DNA of 64,000 nucleotides from a virus: UHGV virus genome UHGV-0373904; one strand, 5' to 3'. Shown piece by piece: positions 27,568 to 37,722 of this stretch (position 1 is its first letter; each line of letters starts with the position of its first letter). The notes under the pieces were generated by a model. It saw only the letters and a program-made list of their open reading frames with translations, ran no database searches and was not told where the DNA came from. The position numbers and the translations under genes were made by a program.

Positions 27568-27909
27568 ATGGCTTATGTAACTGTAATTACCGATAAAGAA
27601 GATTCATCTTGGTCAACTCAAGTCAGTGATAAGATGTCGCCTATGCAGTGCCTAAAATACTTTGAGCAGTGGAACAAAGGCGAGGATGTCAGCCCCTTTC
27701 AAGTGATGCAAATCATCCATACAGATAACGAAGGAAACAAAACGACACTTAATAGCGAGTATTACGCAAATCGTTTTGAGAGTCGAGTTGAAACGATGAA
27801 GGGTCTGCGTGAGGCCGGATATGGGCACATTGCCGCCTTGTTATGGGATAGCCTGCTAAAAAATCAGCGTATCAGCTATGTAAAACCTGAAAAAATATTC
27901 ATCAGTTAA
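27568..27909 (+). CDS. hypothetical protein (array gene 14)
   Basis: ATG after standard leader. Confidence 0.5.
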   Translation: MAYVTVITDKEDSSWSTQVSDKMSPMQCLKYFEQWNKGEDVSPFQVMQIIHTDNEGNKTTLNSEYYANRFESRVETMKGLREAGYGHIAALLWDSLLKNQRISYVKPEKIFIS

Positions 27910-28037
27910 TCAATAACTTACAAAAAACTTTTAAAAAAATGTTGACAATCCCTCTTGACATTGGTAACTTTGTTCGAGGGGGTTTATCTAAAAGGGATTC
28001 ACTTAAAAGATTCTTTATAGATAAACTTAAAAATTGC

Positions 28038-28066
28038 TTGCAATCACTTTCTAAAAATCCTATAGT
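28038..28066 (+). promoter_or_regulatory. sigma70-like promoter candidate
   Basis: -35 TTGCAA, 17-nt spacer, -10 TATAGT; upstream of gene 28108. Confidence 0.4.
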
Positions 28067-28107
28067 ATCTATCAAGCAAAACAACTTCCTAAACTGGAGA
28101 AATCAAG

Positions 28108-28635
28108 ATGAATAAGTTCACAGCAATCAACACTATTCGCTCAAAAGACGTAATGAAAAAGCCTGTCAAGGATACTTTCGAATTTACCCTGAAAGATAAA
28201 ACTTTTGCAGTTATCACGAAAGGGGAAGATAAGAAATATTACATACATCGCCCAAATCAGCAAATGATAACAGCTAACAGCTTTATGAAGGCCGTAGCGG
28301 TTATCCTGCCGGATTATATGGTTATCGTCGCAGAAATTCACGAAATGGCTATCAAGGCGACTAAAAACGAGCTAAACCAATACAAAATGGCTTATGAACG
28401 CTCTATAAAGTCTCATAACCTTTTTATTGCAATTTTCTACACTGGCGTGTCTGCTACTGGTACGGGCAATCAACAACACCCAATCTATGAAGTTGAAAAA
28501 CTGTTTACAAGTGAATACAAAACAGATATCTTTAAAGTAACGTTAGGCAAGGCATTAACAGACTTAATCAAGCTTTACGAAAAATCTTTAAAAAATTTAG
28601 AAAATGCACTTGACGAAACGTTATCAAATCTTTAA
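28108..28635 (+). CDS. hypothetical protein (array gene 15)
   Basis: ORF track; RBS GGAGA. Confidence 0.5.
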   Translation: MNKFTAINTIRSKDVMKKPVKDTFEFTLKDKTFAVITKGEDKKYYIHRPNQQMITANSFMKAVAVILPDYMVIVAEIHEMAIKATKNELNQYKMAYERSIKSHNLFIAIFYTGVSATGTGNQQHPIYEVEKLFTSEYKTDIFKVTLGKALTDLIKLYEKSLKNLENALDETLSNL

Positions 28636-28647
28636 AGTATCTATCAA

Positions 28648-28667
28648 GGGGAAGAAATCACTTCCCC
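28648..28667 (+). promoter_or_regulatory. 5' leader hairpin, class A (copy 5, variant)
   Basis: GGGGAAGAAATCACTTCCCC. Confidence 0.55.
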
Positions 28668-28701
28668 ACTAAATAAAGTCCTTAAACTAGGGGTTATCAA
28701 G

Positions 28702-28965
28702 ATGGAAAACGTAGAATTAACCACACTATTGCAGATTGCAACTGACAAAGAAGATGTAGCACTGTTTCACCGTATCGAAAGCGATTTATTCAATGGTGAA
28801 ATCATCAAAGAATCTTACGAAGTTGTCGGATTCAAAGATGGTAAAACATTTGGATTCTTTGACCTCGAAAAAGGCAACGCTGTTACAAAATATGATGTTT
28901 TATCTTGTGAGATTCTTACAAAATACAACGAAAAAAGGCTTGCAACATACGCCAATATGCAGTAA
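28702..28965 (+). CDS. hypothetical small protein (array gene 16)
   Basis: ATG after leader. Confidence 0.5.
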   Translation: MENVELTTLLQIATDKEDVALFHRIESDLFNGEIIKESYEVVGFKDGKTFGFFDLEKGNAVTKYDVLSCEILTKYNEKRLATYANMQ

Positions 28966-28978
28966 ATTACTAATTAAC

Positions 28979-28995
28979 GGGGGATGACCTCCCCC
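28979..28995 (+). promoter_or_regulatory. 5' leader hairpin, class A (copy 6, variant)
   Basis: GGGGGATGACCTCCCCC. Confidence 0.55.
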
Positions 28996-29029
28996 ACTAA
29001 GTAAAGTCCTAAACTGGAGAATCTAAATT

Positions 29030-29278
29030 ATGTCAACTATCCGCGTAACTGTTAATGCTTATGGCTGCCACGAACTTGATGCAAAATTCGATATCGGTGG
29101 AACAAATAACACCTTTGACCTTATCAAAATGCTGATTCAGCAGGTGCTACCAGATTATAACCCTACCGATGACTTTTGGAAGGACGCTGTAAAAGAAGCC
29201 ATAAACGAGGAATATCACTACCACTACTGGGGAGAAAAAATTGTCTCCCTGTACTACAACAAGCAAGATTATAACTAA
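29030..29278 (+). CDS. hypothetical small protein (array gene 17)
   Basis: ATG after leader. Confidence 0.5.
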   Translation: MSTIRVTVNAYGCHELDAKFDIGGTNNTFDLIKMLIQQVLPDYNPTDDFWKDAVKEAINEEYHYHYWGEKIVSLYYNKQDYN

Positions 29279-29289
29279 TCGACGCAGCG

Positions 29290-29342
29290 GGGCTAAATAG
29301 CCCCAGATACCTGAAAAGCTCCTTCTCATAGGGGCTTTTTTA
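29290..29342 (+). terminator. compound hairpin / terminator closing the small-gene array
   Basis: GGGGCTAAATAGCCCC, then AGCCCC..GGGGCT pairing followed by TTTTTT. Confidence 0.5.
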
Positions 29343-30950
29343 CGTCTATGTAATAGCCTCTATACAACCCTTTCCCTTTCCTTCCTAGAATCTATCCCAC
29401 TAATTCGATAGAATCTATCTCATACCTTAAAAAGCAATAACTCTATAGTCTACTCTATAACCTTTTATCAAATCAACTTAAATAAAAGCCAATAACCCCA
29501 GAAAGGGGATGGCCCATTTAAACGCTCTATAAAGCTCTATAACAGCCTTATCAACCTAACTTAAGGGATTGCATTAACCAACCTTAAAAAGCTCTTTACA
29601 GGGCTTTATAGAGGCTTAAAAGAATCTTATAAGGTTATAAGCTTTATTATCTCGTTAGCTATCTTGTGAATATCTAAAAAGGGCTTGTTAGTGTCTTAAA
29701 AGTATGTTATAGGGGCTTAAAAGTTACTTCAAAGTTACGTAAAAGAAGCTATGAAGTTACGTAAATGCTAGCCCCCTTAACATTTTCTTAACAATTTCTT
29801 AACAATCCCTACATAGTTATGCTTGTTAGAGACTTGTTAGCCCCTTGTTAAATCTCTGTTAAGACCACGTAAAAGCCTTGTAAGAACCTTTGACATAGCC
29901 TTTAAAGCCCCTGTAAAGCCCTATAAAGAGGTATCTGTACAGTTGGGGTGTAATTACTAGGAAGAGGCTTAAAAGGGCTTACAAGGAGCTATAGAGAGCT
30001 TTTAAGAGGTATGTTTAAGGAATCACTAAGAAAGGAAAGGGAACGATAAGAAAGAGATAGTGACCATGTTAATAGCTTGTTAAAAAGATTAAACACTTGT
30101 TAGAGACTTGTTAATTATCTTAACAAAATAACTCTTAAAAATTAACTTGTTAGCTCTTGTTAGTCATCTGTTAAGACTCTGTAAAGACCATGTATCGACT
30201 GTTAAGAACTTGTTACAGCCTTGTTAGTTCTGTTAAGAATCTGTTAAGACCTCTGAAGAGATGTTAAGAGATTGAGAGAGTTGTTAAGAGATTGTTAAGG
30301 ATATTTTAAAATTCTGCAAAGTACTTGTAAGGGAGCTGTTAAGGGCTACCAAGCAGATATACATCTTCTACAGATATTTTTCAGTTCCTTCAAAGACCCT
30401 AAAAAATGACTTGATAGTCCTATTTTATAAAAATTTTAAAAATCTGAATAATTACCTATACAGTCTTTCTAAAATACAGGTAATAACAGGCTTATAAGAT
30501 ACCTTGTTAGTACCGTGTTAGACCTTGTGAGATAAGGTCTGTAAAGATATTCCTGTTAAGTTTGTTAAAACAGTCTATATAGAGGCTTAGTAATACCTAG
30601 TGAACACCTATAGAGAGTGTCATAGCTGACATAGAGATTAAGAGGTGTATAGGAGCTTCTAAGAAGGTGTAGAGAGATGGTTAAGGTGATTGTATAGGTT
30701 GTTAAGAAGGATTGTTAGAAGAGTGTTTAGAAGGGCTATTTAGAAGGGCTATACAGAGGGCTATTAAGACCACTAGATAGTTACTAAGATACTATATAGT
30801 ACTATATAACTATATAGAGAGTAAGATTAAGAAGGTTGTTAAGAAGGATAGATATTTTATTCACATATGATGGTGACCCAGAGGTTGGGACAACCGATAA
30901 AATTTTATAAAAATTAAAAAGCCCCCAATTAAGGAGGCTCTTAAGATATT
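29343..30950. repeat. 1.6 kb non-coding region dense in short word repeats
   Basis: no ORF of 60 aa or more on either strand; recurring TTGTTAAGA, CTTGTTAG, CTGTTAAG, GGCTTAAAAG, CTATATAG words; GTTGTTAAGAAGGAT occurs twice; lies between convergent transcription units. Confidence 0.7.
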
Positions 30951-31574
30951 TTAAATCAGGCTTTCTAAAACTGTCTTCAAGGATGACTTAGTTGTCTGGT
31001 AAAAATGAGTGAACCCATTATTGTTATCGAATATCTGCATCATGATATCATCTCCCTTGATTGGGTACACTCGGATATCATAGTGAAACCCATTAAAGAC
31101 AGCAGAACCATTACAGAACACACTAAAATCACTTGCTGAGATGTACTCTTCATGACCTGTGATTTTTATACAGACACCCTTACTTGGTCTCTTAGGGTTG
31201 ATATCTTCCATCACAGACATACTCTGTCCACCAAGAGATACCATAGTGACCACTTTACGGTTCTTCTGTTTAAAGTACATCTTAACTTTCTGCAAAGTGT
31301 CTTCATAGAATGGATAAGACCTTTCTACAAAGATTCCTTCAAGTGGCTCTTTACCATTTTCAACTTCTCGGTTATGCCGTACTGCAAAGATAATTTGTTC
31401 GAACCAGTCAAGATTTTCTTCGGAGAGTGCTTCCCGAACATCCTTCCAGTCAAGTACTAAGTAGTTACCTTCAACTTCTTTTAAGTTATCTTTTTCCATA
31501 TCTATCACACCATTATCGTAAAACTTGATATTCTGGTACTGCGAATTTATTACTATTGTTCTTGATGAGGTCAT
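30951..31574 (-). CDS. hypothetical protein
   Basis: ORF track; 5' end overlaps upstream gene by ~60 nt, so the internal ATG near 31499 may be the true start. Confidence 0.4.
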   Translation of the reverse strand: MTSSRTIVINSQYQNIKFYDNGVIDMEKDNLKEVEGNYLVLDWKDVREALSEENLDWFEQIIFAVRHNREVENGKEPLEGIFVERSYPFYEDTLQKVKMYFKQKNRKVVTMVSLGGQSMSVMEDINPKRPSKGVCIKITGHEEYISASDFSVFCNGSAVFNGFHYDIRVYPIKGDDIMMQIFDNNNGFTHFYQTTKSSLKTVLESLI

Positions 31575-31977
31575 CCTCTGAAACTAAAAATGTAATACCA
31601 CATAAGTGTCTGTAACGACTATCATACTCGAATATCTTAAACAGATATTTACCATCATGATAAACCTGTTGCACTTCACCTTCTGCAACAATCTCGCCTG
31701 TAATAAAATTTTTTAGTTTATACACATTACCAACTTTAGGTACTGTTTTCATCTCAGGCTCTTTTAGTGCTACACCTATTTTTGCATCACCGAGTAAATG
31801 AGAACTCTCAAAAGCTACGTGTTTCATATAAGCTTCTGAGCATTCCCATATAAAACAGTGTACAAGAACCTTAGCAGCATGTCTTGAGCAGTTCAACTTA
31901 TCACAAATTTCTGTGTACATCTCATCTTTAGTAGAATTGTCAAGCATTGCTCTTTGCACTACTTCTTTAATTTTCAT
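31513..31977 (-). CDS. hypothetical protein
   Basis: ORF track. Confidence 0.4.
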   Translation of the reverse strand: MKIKEVVQRAMLDNSTKDEMYTEICDKLNCSRHAAKVLVHCFIWECSEAYMKHVAFESSHLLGDAKIGVALKEPEMKTVPKVGNVYKLKNFITGEIVAEGEVQQVYHDGKYLFKIFEYDSRYRHLCGITFLVSEDDLIKNNSNKFAVPEYQVLR

Positions 31978-32395
31978 AAGCTCTCCGAATAACCCTATTA
32001 AGCATCTCTAAAGTCAGCTTTCCAGATTCTAAATGTGGCATAACAAGCTTTAAAGCTTTTTCAACATCATGCACAACATCTATTATACCTTCTGCATAGG
32101 CTTCTACAAGGATATCTTTTACATTTTGTGATTTACCTTTTTGTGGTATCACTAGACGCATATCAAACTCATTTGCTTGAGGATGGTTCTTACCACGCCA
32201 GAAACCGTCCTTATCAAAGCTTATAAAGTTATCCTCATTAAAATTAATACCACAAACCTTAAACTTATCTAAAACTATGCAGTTGAGAGGGTAATCATCA
32301 CTTGCATCATTCATTCCAAGAAACTTAACAGTAGCTATATACCTCTGTGTCTTTGCATCTACAACGTCAAGCTCTTTACCTATAAGCTCTTTCAT
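31967..32395 (-). CDS. hypothetical protein
   Basis: ORF track. Confidence 0.4.
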   Translation of the reverse strand: MKELIGKELDVVDAKTQRYIATVKFLGMNDASDDYPLNCIVLDKFKVCGINFNEDNFISFDKDGFWRGKNHPQANEFDMRLVIPQKGKSQNVKDILVEAYAEGIIDVVHDVEKALKLVMPHLESGKLTLEMLNRVIRRAYEN

Positions 32396-32447
32396 TTCGC
32401 TACCTTCTAAGTTCCTACAAAGGGGCTATCAAGTAACCCCTAAGTTA

Positions 32448-32672
32448 TTACTCAGACTTTTCAGTCTTCTTATCGGATTTCTTGCTAGTCTTCTTCTCAG
32501 CTTTCTGCTCAGGTTCCTTCTCAGAAGTTGCCTTGATAACCATATCAAGAAGCTCTGATAAGTCACTCTTCAGAAGCGTTACAGGCTGCTCATTATAGAA
32601 GTTTTTGTCAAGATAAACTTTGAACTCTTCTATAGAAGGAAATCCAAAAATTGGTACAGGTGTCTTAATCAT
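32448..32672 (-). CDS. hypothetical protein, Lys/Glu-rich C-terminus
   Basis: ORF track. Confidence 0.35.
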   Translation of the reverse strand: MIKTPVPIFGFPSIEEFKVYLDKNFYNEQPVTLLKSDLSELLDMVIKATSEKEPEQKAEKKTSKKSDKKTEKSE

Positions 32673-32748
32673 TACTTAGTCTCTCCATAGGCATCTTTTA
32701 AGATTGCCCTGTTAATCATTTCAGCGATTGCAAAACGAACACATACAG

Positions 32749-33282
32749 CTATAATTGTAGGTTGCATTCTTTACTTACCTCTTCAAGTTTAACCTCAGAA
32801 TCCTTAAGTCGTTTCTTATGAACTCTGAACCTCATTAGTGAGATGATGATACCAGCTAAAGGAACAACATACAAGTACCAAACATCATATACCTTTGCAG
32901 TAATCTGTGTAATGGTCAAGTCTTGAGCTATGTAGCTGATTGCTGATACAGCTAGTAATGTTGCTAAGAAGAAAACCAGTATCATAACAATATTCAGACA
33001 ACCTCTGGCATGGTATTCATGCTTAATGCACTTATTCTTCTCTTCAACAACCCTGTTGTAGTCATTTGTAAAGTCTCTGTAGAAAGCTTTTAAGTATTCT
33101 TGAGTGTAGCCTTCAAAGCAACCTGTACCGTACCAATAATCACCACCAAAATGTGCTATGATACCAGTATCCCCATTTGGTTTGGTTACTCTTAGTGAAG
33201 TATGATGACCAGTCTTCTGATAATCTATCTTGTATCTTTCTTCGTAAATCATTTCCCAACCCCTCTCAATCGTTTGTTCCAC
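32749..33282 (-). CDS. membrane protein (two predicted TM helices)
   Basis: hydrophobic stretches IVMILVFFLATLLAVSAISYI and YLYVVPLAGIIISLM. Confidence 0.4.
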   Translation of the reverse strand: MEQTIERGWEMIYEERYKIDYQKTGHHTSLRVTKPNGDTGIIAHFGGDYWYGTGCFEGYTQEYLKAFYRDFTNDYNRVVEEKNKCIKHEYHARGCLNIVMILVFFLATLLAVSAISYIAQDLTITQITAKVYDVWYLYVVPLAGIIISLMRFRVHKKRLKDSEVKLEEVSKECNLQL

Positions 33283-33467
33283 TCAAGGTCAACAAGTCTT
33301 TGCAGGACTTTCCCTCTAGGTGTTACACCTTTTAAATCTGCATCGTAGCAACGGTAAAAGTCACCTTCAGCGTGTTTACCGTAGCATTTTCTGATATTCT
33401 GGCTCCTACGATACTGCTCTAACAGGGACAGTTTGTAGTAGTCTTCAACTGTAGTTAGTTTTTTCAT
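33249..33467 (-). CDS. hypothetical protein
   Basis: ORF track. Confidence 0.35.
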   Translation of the reverse strand: MKKLTTVEDYYKLSLLEQYRRSQNIRKCYGKHAEGDFYRCYDADLKGVTPRGKVLQRLVDLEWNKRLRGVGK

Positions 33468-34009
33468 TCTTTCACCATAGCGTTTCTGAACTGGCGTTGT
33501 GTTTCTCTTGTAATTTCGTTTGGGGTAAACCCTGCTTTTAGCATATCTCTGAAAAGAACTTCTAAATGGTTCCTCTCAATGATGTAAATGGCATTCTGAA
33601 TAGCTGTTTTGCGCTCCTTCAGGTCACTACTAATCTCTTCGCACTTACTGGTAAGCTCTGTGTCAACTTTCTTATAGACTGGCATAACATGTGCGTAGCA
33701 ACCTTTATTAGTCTCCATGAAAAATTTAAAAGATTCTTCAGAGTCCTTTAGGGCAATCCCTATAAAGTTTTTGTAAGCACCTGTGAAAGATAAGGAATCA
33801 ATCTCAGCAGTTGAGTATACAGTCCCTGCACACAGTCTTGCAGAAGTACTGAATGTGTGGTTTGGTGTTGTGTCAAAGTCTAAGTTCTTCAGTGGTCGGA
33901 AATAAACTGTACCATTGTGTGAGATGTGTGTTACAACAGCCTCAACACTCTTTGAAGGATTCTGTTTAACATACAAAATAATTTTATCGTGCTCTTTCAC
34001 TTTAGCCAT
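33464..34009 (-). CDS. hypothetical protein
   Basis: ORF track. Confidence 0.4.
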   Translation of the reverse strand: MAKVKEHDKIILYVKQNPSKSVEAVVTHISHNGTVYFRPLKNLDFDTTPNHTFSTSARLCAGTVYSTAEIDSLSFTGAYKNFIGIALKDSEESFKFFMETNKGCYAHVMPVYKKVDTELTSKCEEISSDLKERKTAIQNAIYIIERNHLEVLFRDMLKAGFTPNEITRETQRQFRNAMVKE

Positions 34010-34081
34010 AACTATTCTCCAGAAACTAAAAAGGGAACTACCTCTCGATAGCTCCCATCATAGTCAATATTGTATACTCGG

Positions 34082-34663
34082 TCAAGAGTATTTTTTAGGC
34101 AGCAATGCACTGCGCTTGTTACTCTCTTCACTCAATAGTGCAATGAAATCATCACTTTTACCTTTCCACGGGCTGAATGAAGGGATATGCTCACGAATGG
34201 CTTCAATCACCGTTTTCAGTGCTGTATTTTTCATCCACCAATCAGAATCTGCTGATGCTACCACGTAGTATCCACCGTCATCAGTTAAAATTGGCTCTGA
34301 AATACATGGTGAAATCAAAGTGGTGATGATTGAACCGTTGTTCATGTAGTATGTGCGCTTCATAACCTTTTCAAGAAGCTTGTGAAGGTCACCAAACAGT
34401 GTTACAAGCTCTTTGTGGTCAATGTCTTTTTCGAGGTTTGCTCGATACTTCAATAGTGCGGCATCAACCTCTCTGTCATTGAACTTGAAATATTGAACTT
34501 CTTCAACAAGGCAAACACTGATGTTGTTAACATTCATAGTCAACTTACAAACTTTTACAGGAGAGTTGATATTTGGTTGAAAAAGTGCAATACACCCTTC
34601 AATATTTCCAAAATGCTGTACCAGTGTTACTTGTGGCGTGATATTCTGTTGCTCTTCGGACAT
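34082..34663 (-). CDS. hypothetical protein
   Basis: ORF track. Confidence 0.4.
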   Translation of the reverse strand: MSEEQQNITPQVTLVQHFGNIEGCIALFQPNINSPVKVCKLTMNVNNISVCLVEEVQYFKFNDREVDAALLKYRANLEKDIDHKELVTLFGDLHKLLEKVMKRTYYMNNGSIITTLISPCISEPILTDDGGYYVVASADSDWWMKNTALKTVIEAIREHIPSFSPWKGKSDDFIALLSEESNKRSALLPKKYS

Positions 34664-35007
34664 TACAGTTTCCTCATTAAATACTTTTTAAGTTGTGTGT
34701 TAGGTTTCTCAAAAACTTCTATAGAAGATATCTTGACAGACTCACCACGCATACCAGTATGTTTGAATATGTAGTACTCTAACATCCCTATATACTTTGC
34801 TGGTAAGTCATATTTTACATACACCGTCACAGAATCTTCAAACTCAACAACCTTTGTACCATCTTTGTAGTTAAACTCTTTAGGATGGTTGTAGTTGTCT
34901 ATGTCATACATTAAAAAGAGTCTTTTCCGTTGCATATCAAGCTTGTTTGTTAAAGACTCTTTGATATCTGAGAAGTTTTTGTAAACTGTGACATGGAGCT
35001 TACTCAT
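34663..35007 (-). CDS. hypothetical protein
   Basis: ORF track. Confidence 0.4.
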   Translation of the reverse strand: MSKLHVTVYKNFSDIKESLTNKLDMQRKRLFLMYDIDNYNHPKEFNYKDGTKVVEFEDSVTVYVKYDLPAKYIGMLEYYIFKHTGMRGESVKISSIEVFEKPNTQLKKYLMRKL

Positions 35008-35293
35008 CGTTAAACTCTCTGACGAAGAAATAGTTGACTTTGTTATTACCTACCATAAGGTCAAAGCAGGTATTTTCAAAAGGCTTGTTGCAGGCATCGT
35101 ATGAAACATATGGGTCAGCTACTTGCTTAGTGCTTAACTTCTTACTTGATGGATTTAAGAGGCCACCATACAGCTTCTTGATAGCCTCTTCTACAACAGA
35201 CCAGATAATTTCGTCAGTAATTTCTTCGTACAGGTCAAGTTCACGCTCTAGTGAGAAGTCACAAATAGGGAAAACAACCTGTACTTTACTCAT
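35000..35293 (-). CDS. hypothetical protein
   Basis: ORF track. Confidence 0.4.
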   Translation of the reverse strand: MSKVQVVFPICDFSLERELDLYEEITDEIIWSVVEEAIKKLYGGLLNPSSKKLSTKQVADPYVSYDACNKPFENTCFDLMVGNNKVNYFFVREFNDE

Positions 35294-35682
35294 TAACGAA
35301 CAACCTGTGAGACTTGAATTGCTTCAGTTACAGACAAATCACCAACTTTCTCTTCTTTGATAAAAGTGAAGGTGAGTTCAACAGGCTCTTGCTCTTCTTG
35401 CTCAACTGGAATGCCATTAAGCTCATCGCGGATTGATTGAGTTGTCCAGTCTTCTCCACCATCTGGATAATGGATGGCGTAAAGAGGAAACTCCATGTCA
35501 TACCAGCCAAATACAGGGCAACCATCTGCATCATCTCGCATTCTGCGAAGGGTGCTACCTGAGCCTGTAAAGCGAAGACTAATATTCCCATTACACTCAA
35601 AAATCACTGCGTCAGCAAGTCCAGCATCTTCTCGACCATCATGGCCAAAGGTGTCAACTTTTACTTGAATCTCTTTATTCAT
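35293..35682 (-). CDS. hypothetical protein
   Basis: ORF track. Confidence 0.4.
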   Translation of the reverse strand: MNKEIQVKVDTFGHDGREDAGLADAVIFECNGNISLRFTGSGSTLRRMRDDADGCPVFGWYDMEFPLYAIHYPDGGEDWTTQSIRDELNGIPVEQEEQEPVELTFTFIKEEKVGDLSVTEAIQVSQVVR

Positions 35683-36073
35683 AAAAACCTCTCTCTGCTT
35701 GTTCTATTTTTGCTCTTAAAGCTTCGCAATGTTGTAAATGATAGTTAGCTTCTTGTTCATGTGTTGCTAACTGCCTTTCCAGAACAGTTTTATAATAACT
35801 TGCGAGTTGCTCTTTTGTCAATGGGTGCTCTGAAATAATATCAAGTCCACTTTCGCCAAGAGGGTTGAATTGTCCATGTTCGTTGACATTGTAAGTCTCA
35901 AACTTGAACAGGCCATTGTTCACAGACTCAATAGGTGACAGTTCAACAAGCTCTACAGTAAACCGTGTATATACTTTGTCACCTCTTGAAACCACATTGT
36001 TCCCGACAATGCGTACAAGCGAGCCATTACGAGTGTACTTAAAAGTTCCAAAGTCACTAGCCCAAAGTTTCAT
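35675..36073 (-). CDS. hypothetical protein
   Basis: ORF track. Confidence 0.4.
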   Translation of the reverse strand: MKLWASDFGTFKYTRNGSLVRIVGNNVVSRGDKVYTRFTVELVELSPIESVNNGLFKFETYNVNEHGQFNPLGESGLDIISEHPLTKEQLASYYKTVLERQLATHEQEANYHLQHCEALRAKIEQAERGFYE

Positions 36074-36124
36074 AATTTTCTCCTTAGAAAATAAAAAAGG
36101 CTCCCGAAGGAGCCTATGAAGATA

Positions 36125-36589
36125 TTACTTTGGATATACACTGTCAAGATAAATGTCAGCTTCCATTCTACGTCTGTTTTTCAGGCCGTTTGAAGTGACC
36201 TTCTTACCTTTGACTGTAACCTTGTTCCACCACTGCATAGCTTCTGCACAACCGACCTTATTACCAGCATTGTGGCGCTTGATAAATGTAGAATCCTGCA
36301 TAGCTGTGATACCGATGTTGTATGTTTCACTTACAAGTGCATCGAACTCGTTCTGAGAAGTTGGAACCTTGATAGCTTTATTCACTGCTGCAACGAACTT
36401 CTCAACATCTGCAAGAAGATACTGTTCAGCTTGTTCAGCAGTAATTTTCATACCCATCTTAACAGGTTTTCCGTCAATACGGATTGTCCCATACCCGATT
36501 GTTGGGATTCCTGCAGAGTCTTCGTAAGCCTCTAACTTCAGACCTTCAAAGAACTTAATAGCCTCTAAACCTTTTCTTGAGAGTTGCAT
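36125..36589 (-). CDS. endolysin, T4-type lysozyme (GH24)
   Basis: FEGLKLEAYEDSAGIPTIGYGT parallels the T4 lysozyme catalytic Glu/Asp region [21 protein letters not shown]. Confidence 0.85.
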   Translation of the reverse strand: MQLSRKGLEAIKFFEGLKLEAYEDSAGIPTIGYGTIRIDGKPVKMGMKITAEQAEQYLLADVEKFVAAVNKAIKVPTSQNEFDALVSETYNIGITAMQDSTFIKRHNAGNKVGCAEAMQWWNKVTVKGKKVTSNGLKNRRRMEADIYLDSVYPK

Positions 36590-37722
36590 TATGCCTCCCC
36601 TGCTGGGTTAACTGTAACTGTTGCTGCATTAGATGTTACAGAGCCACCTGCACCAGTAACTACACAGGTGTAGCTTCCTGAATCAGCAGCGGTTGCACCT
36701 TCTTTAGTGTAAGTTGCAGCGGTTGCATCAAGGATATCTTCCTCACCTTTCTTCCACTGGTAACCTGTTGCACCTGTTGCCACAACATTCAGTGTTAAGG
36801 TCTCACCTTCATTGATTTCTTGATTGGTTGGCTGTTGAGTGATTACCGGAAGTGCATTCACAGTAACTGTTGCTGCGTTAGACGTTACAGAGCCACCTGC
36901 ACCTGTTACAACGCAAGTGTATGAACCTGCATCTGCTGGCAGAGCACCAGACTTGCTATAGGTATCATTTGTAGCTGAAGGAATGTCAGAGCCATCTTTC
37001 TTCCACTGGTAACCTGTTGCACCTGTTGCAGTAACTGCTAAGTTGATGTTTCCACCTTCATTAATAGTCTGGTTAGAAGGTTGCTTGGTAATCACAGGTA
37101 GTGCGTTCACAGTCACTGTTGCTGCATCTGAGGTAACACTTGTTCCACCTTCTCCAGATACAACACAAGTGTATGAACCAGCGTCAGAAGGTGCTACTGA
37201 CTGTTTTGTGTAAGTTGCAGAATTGGCACTAGGGATGTCCTCACCATCCTTTTTCCACTGATATCCAGTGGCGTTAGTTGCTAGAATGGTTAGAGTAAGT
37301 GTGCCACCCTCATTAACTGTTTGACCTGTTGGCTGCTGAGTAATTGCTGGTGGCTTGATAGCATCCTTCAACTTAGCATTCAACATTGAGAACGGCTTAA
37401 CTCTTGCCAACCATTCACAGTAAATTGTGTCAACATCTTTACCATTGATGATTGCATACTGCAAATCCATGAAGAAATCAGCAGTTCTCATCTGTGCACC
37501 AACACTGTAAAGCAATTCATCACTAAATGGAACTTTGTAGTCTGGTTTGTAGTCAAACTTCTCAACTTCTGCGATATCAGCTTCAGGCCAATATGAACTA
37601 TAGGTAAGTGGTAAAATAGCTTCTTGATATGTTCTAAAATCATATCTCTTACCAGCCTTTACATTTGCAATGAAGCCCTTTACAAATTCTTTGAAGTCTG
37701 GGTAAGTCTTTGCTTTAATCAT
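36589..37722 (-). CDS. protein with N-terminal domain plus three tandem Ig-like domains
   Basis: three ~83-aa repeats, each with NEGG..ATGATGYQWKKDG..SYTCVV..ATVTVN; N-terminal ~125 aa paralogous to the adjacent 123-aa protein. Confidence 0.6.
   Translation of the reverse strand: MIKAKTYPDFKEFVKGFIANVKAGKRYDFRTYQEAILPLTYSSYWPEADIAEVEKFDYKPDYKVPFSDELLYSVGAQMRTADFFMDLQYAIINGKDVDTIYCEWLARVKPFSMLNAKLKDAIKPPAITQQPTGQTVNEGGTLTLTILATNATGYQWKKDGEDIPSANSATYTKQSVAPSDAGSYTCVVSGEGGTSVTSDAATVTVNALPVITKQPSNQTINEGGNINLAVTATGATGYQWKKDGSDIPSATNDTYSKSGALPADAGSYTCVVTGAGGSVTSNAATVTVNALPVITQQPTNQEINEGETLTLNVVATGATGYQWKKGEEDILDATAATYTKEGATAADSGSYTCVVTGAGGSVTSNAATVTVNPAGEA

Noticed and set aside
22860-29342. CRISPR array formed by the recurring GGGGCTTA..TAAGCCCC hairpins
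   Set aside because: The 'spacers' are 200-560 bp protein-coding genes with RBS and start codons, repeat spacing is irregular and repeat sequences vary; this is a promoter/leader module family, not a CRISPR locus.
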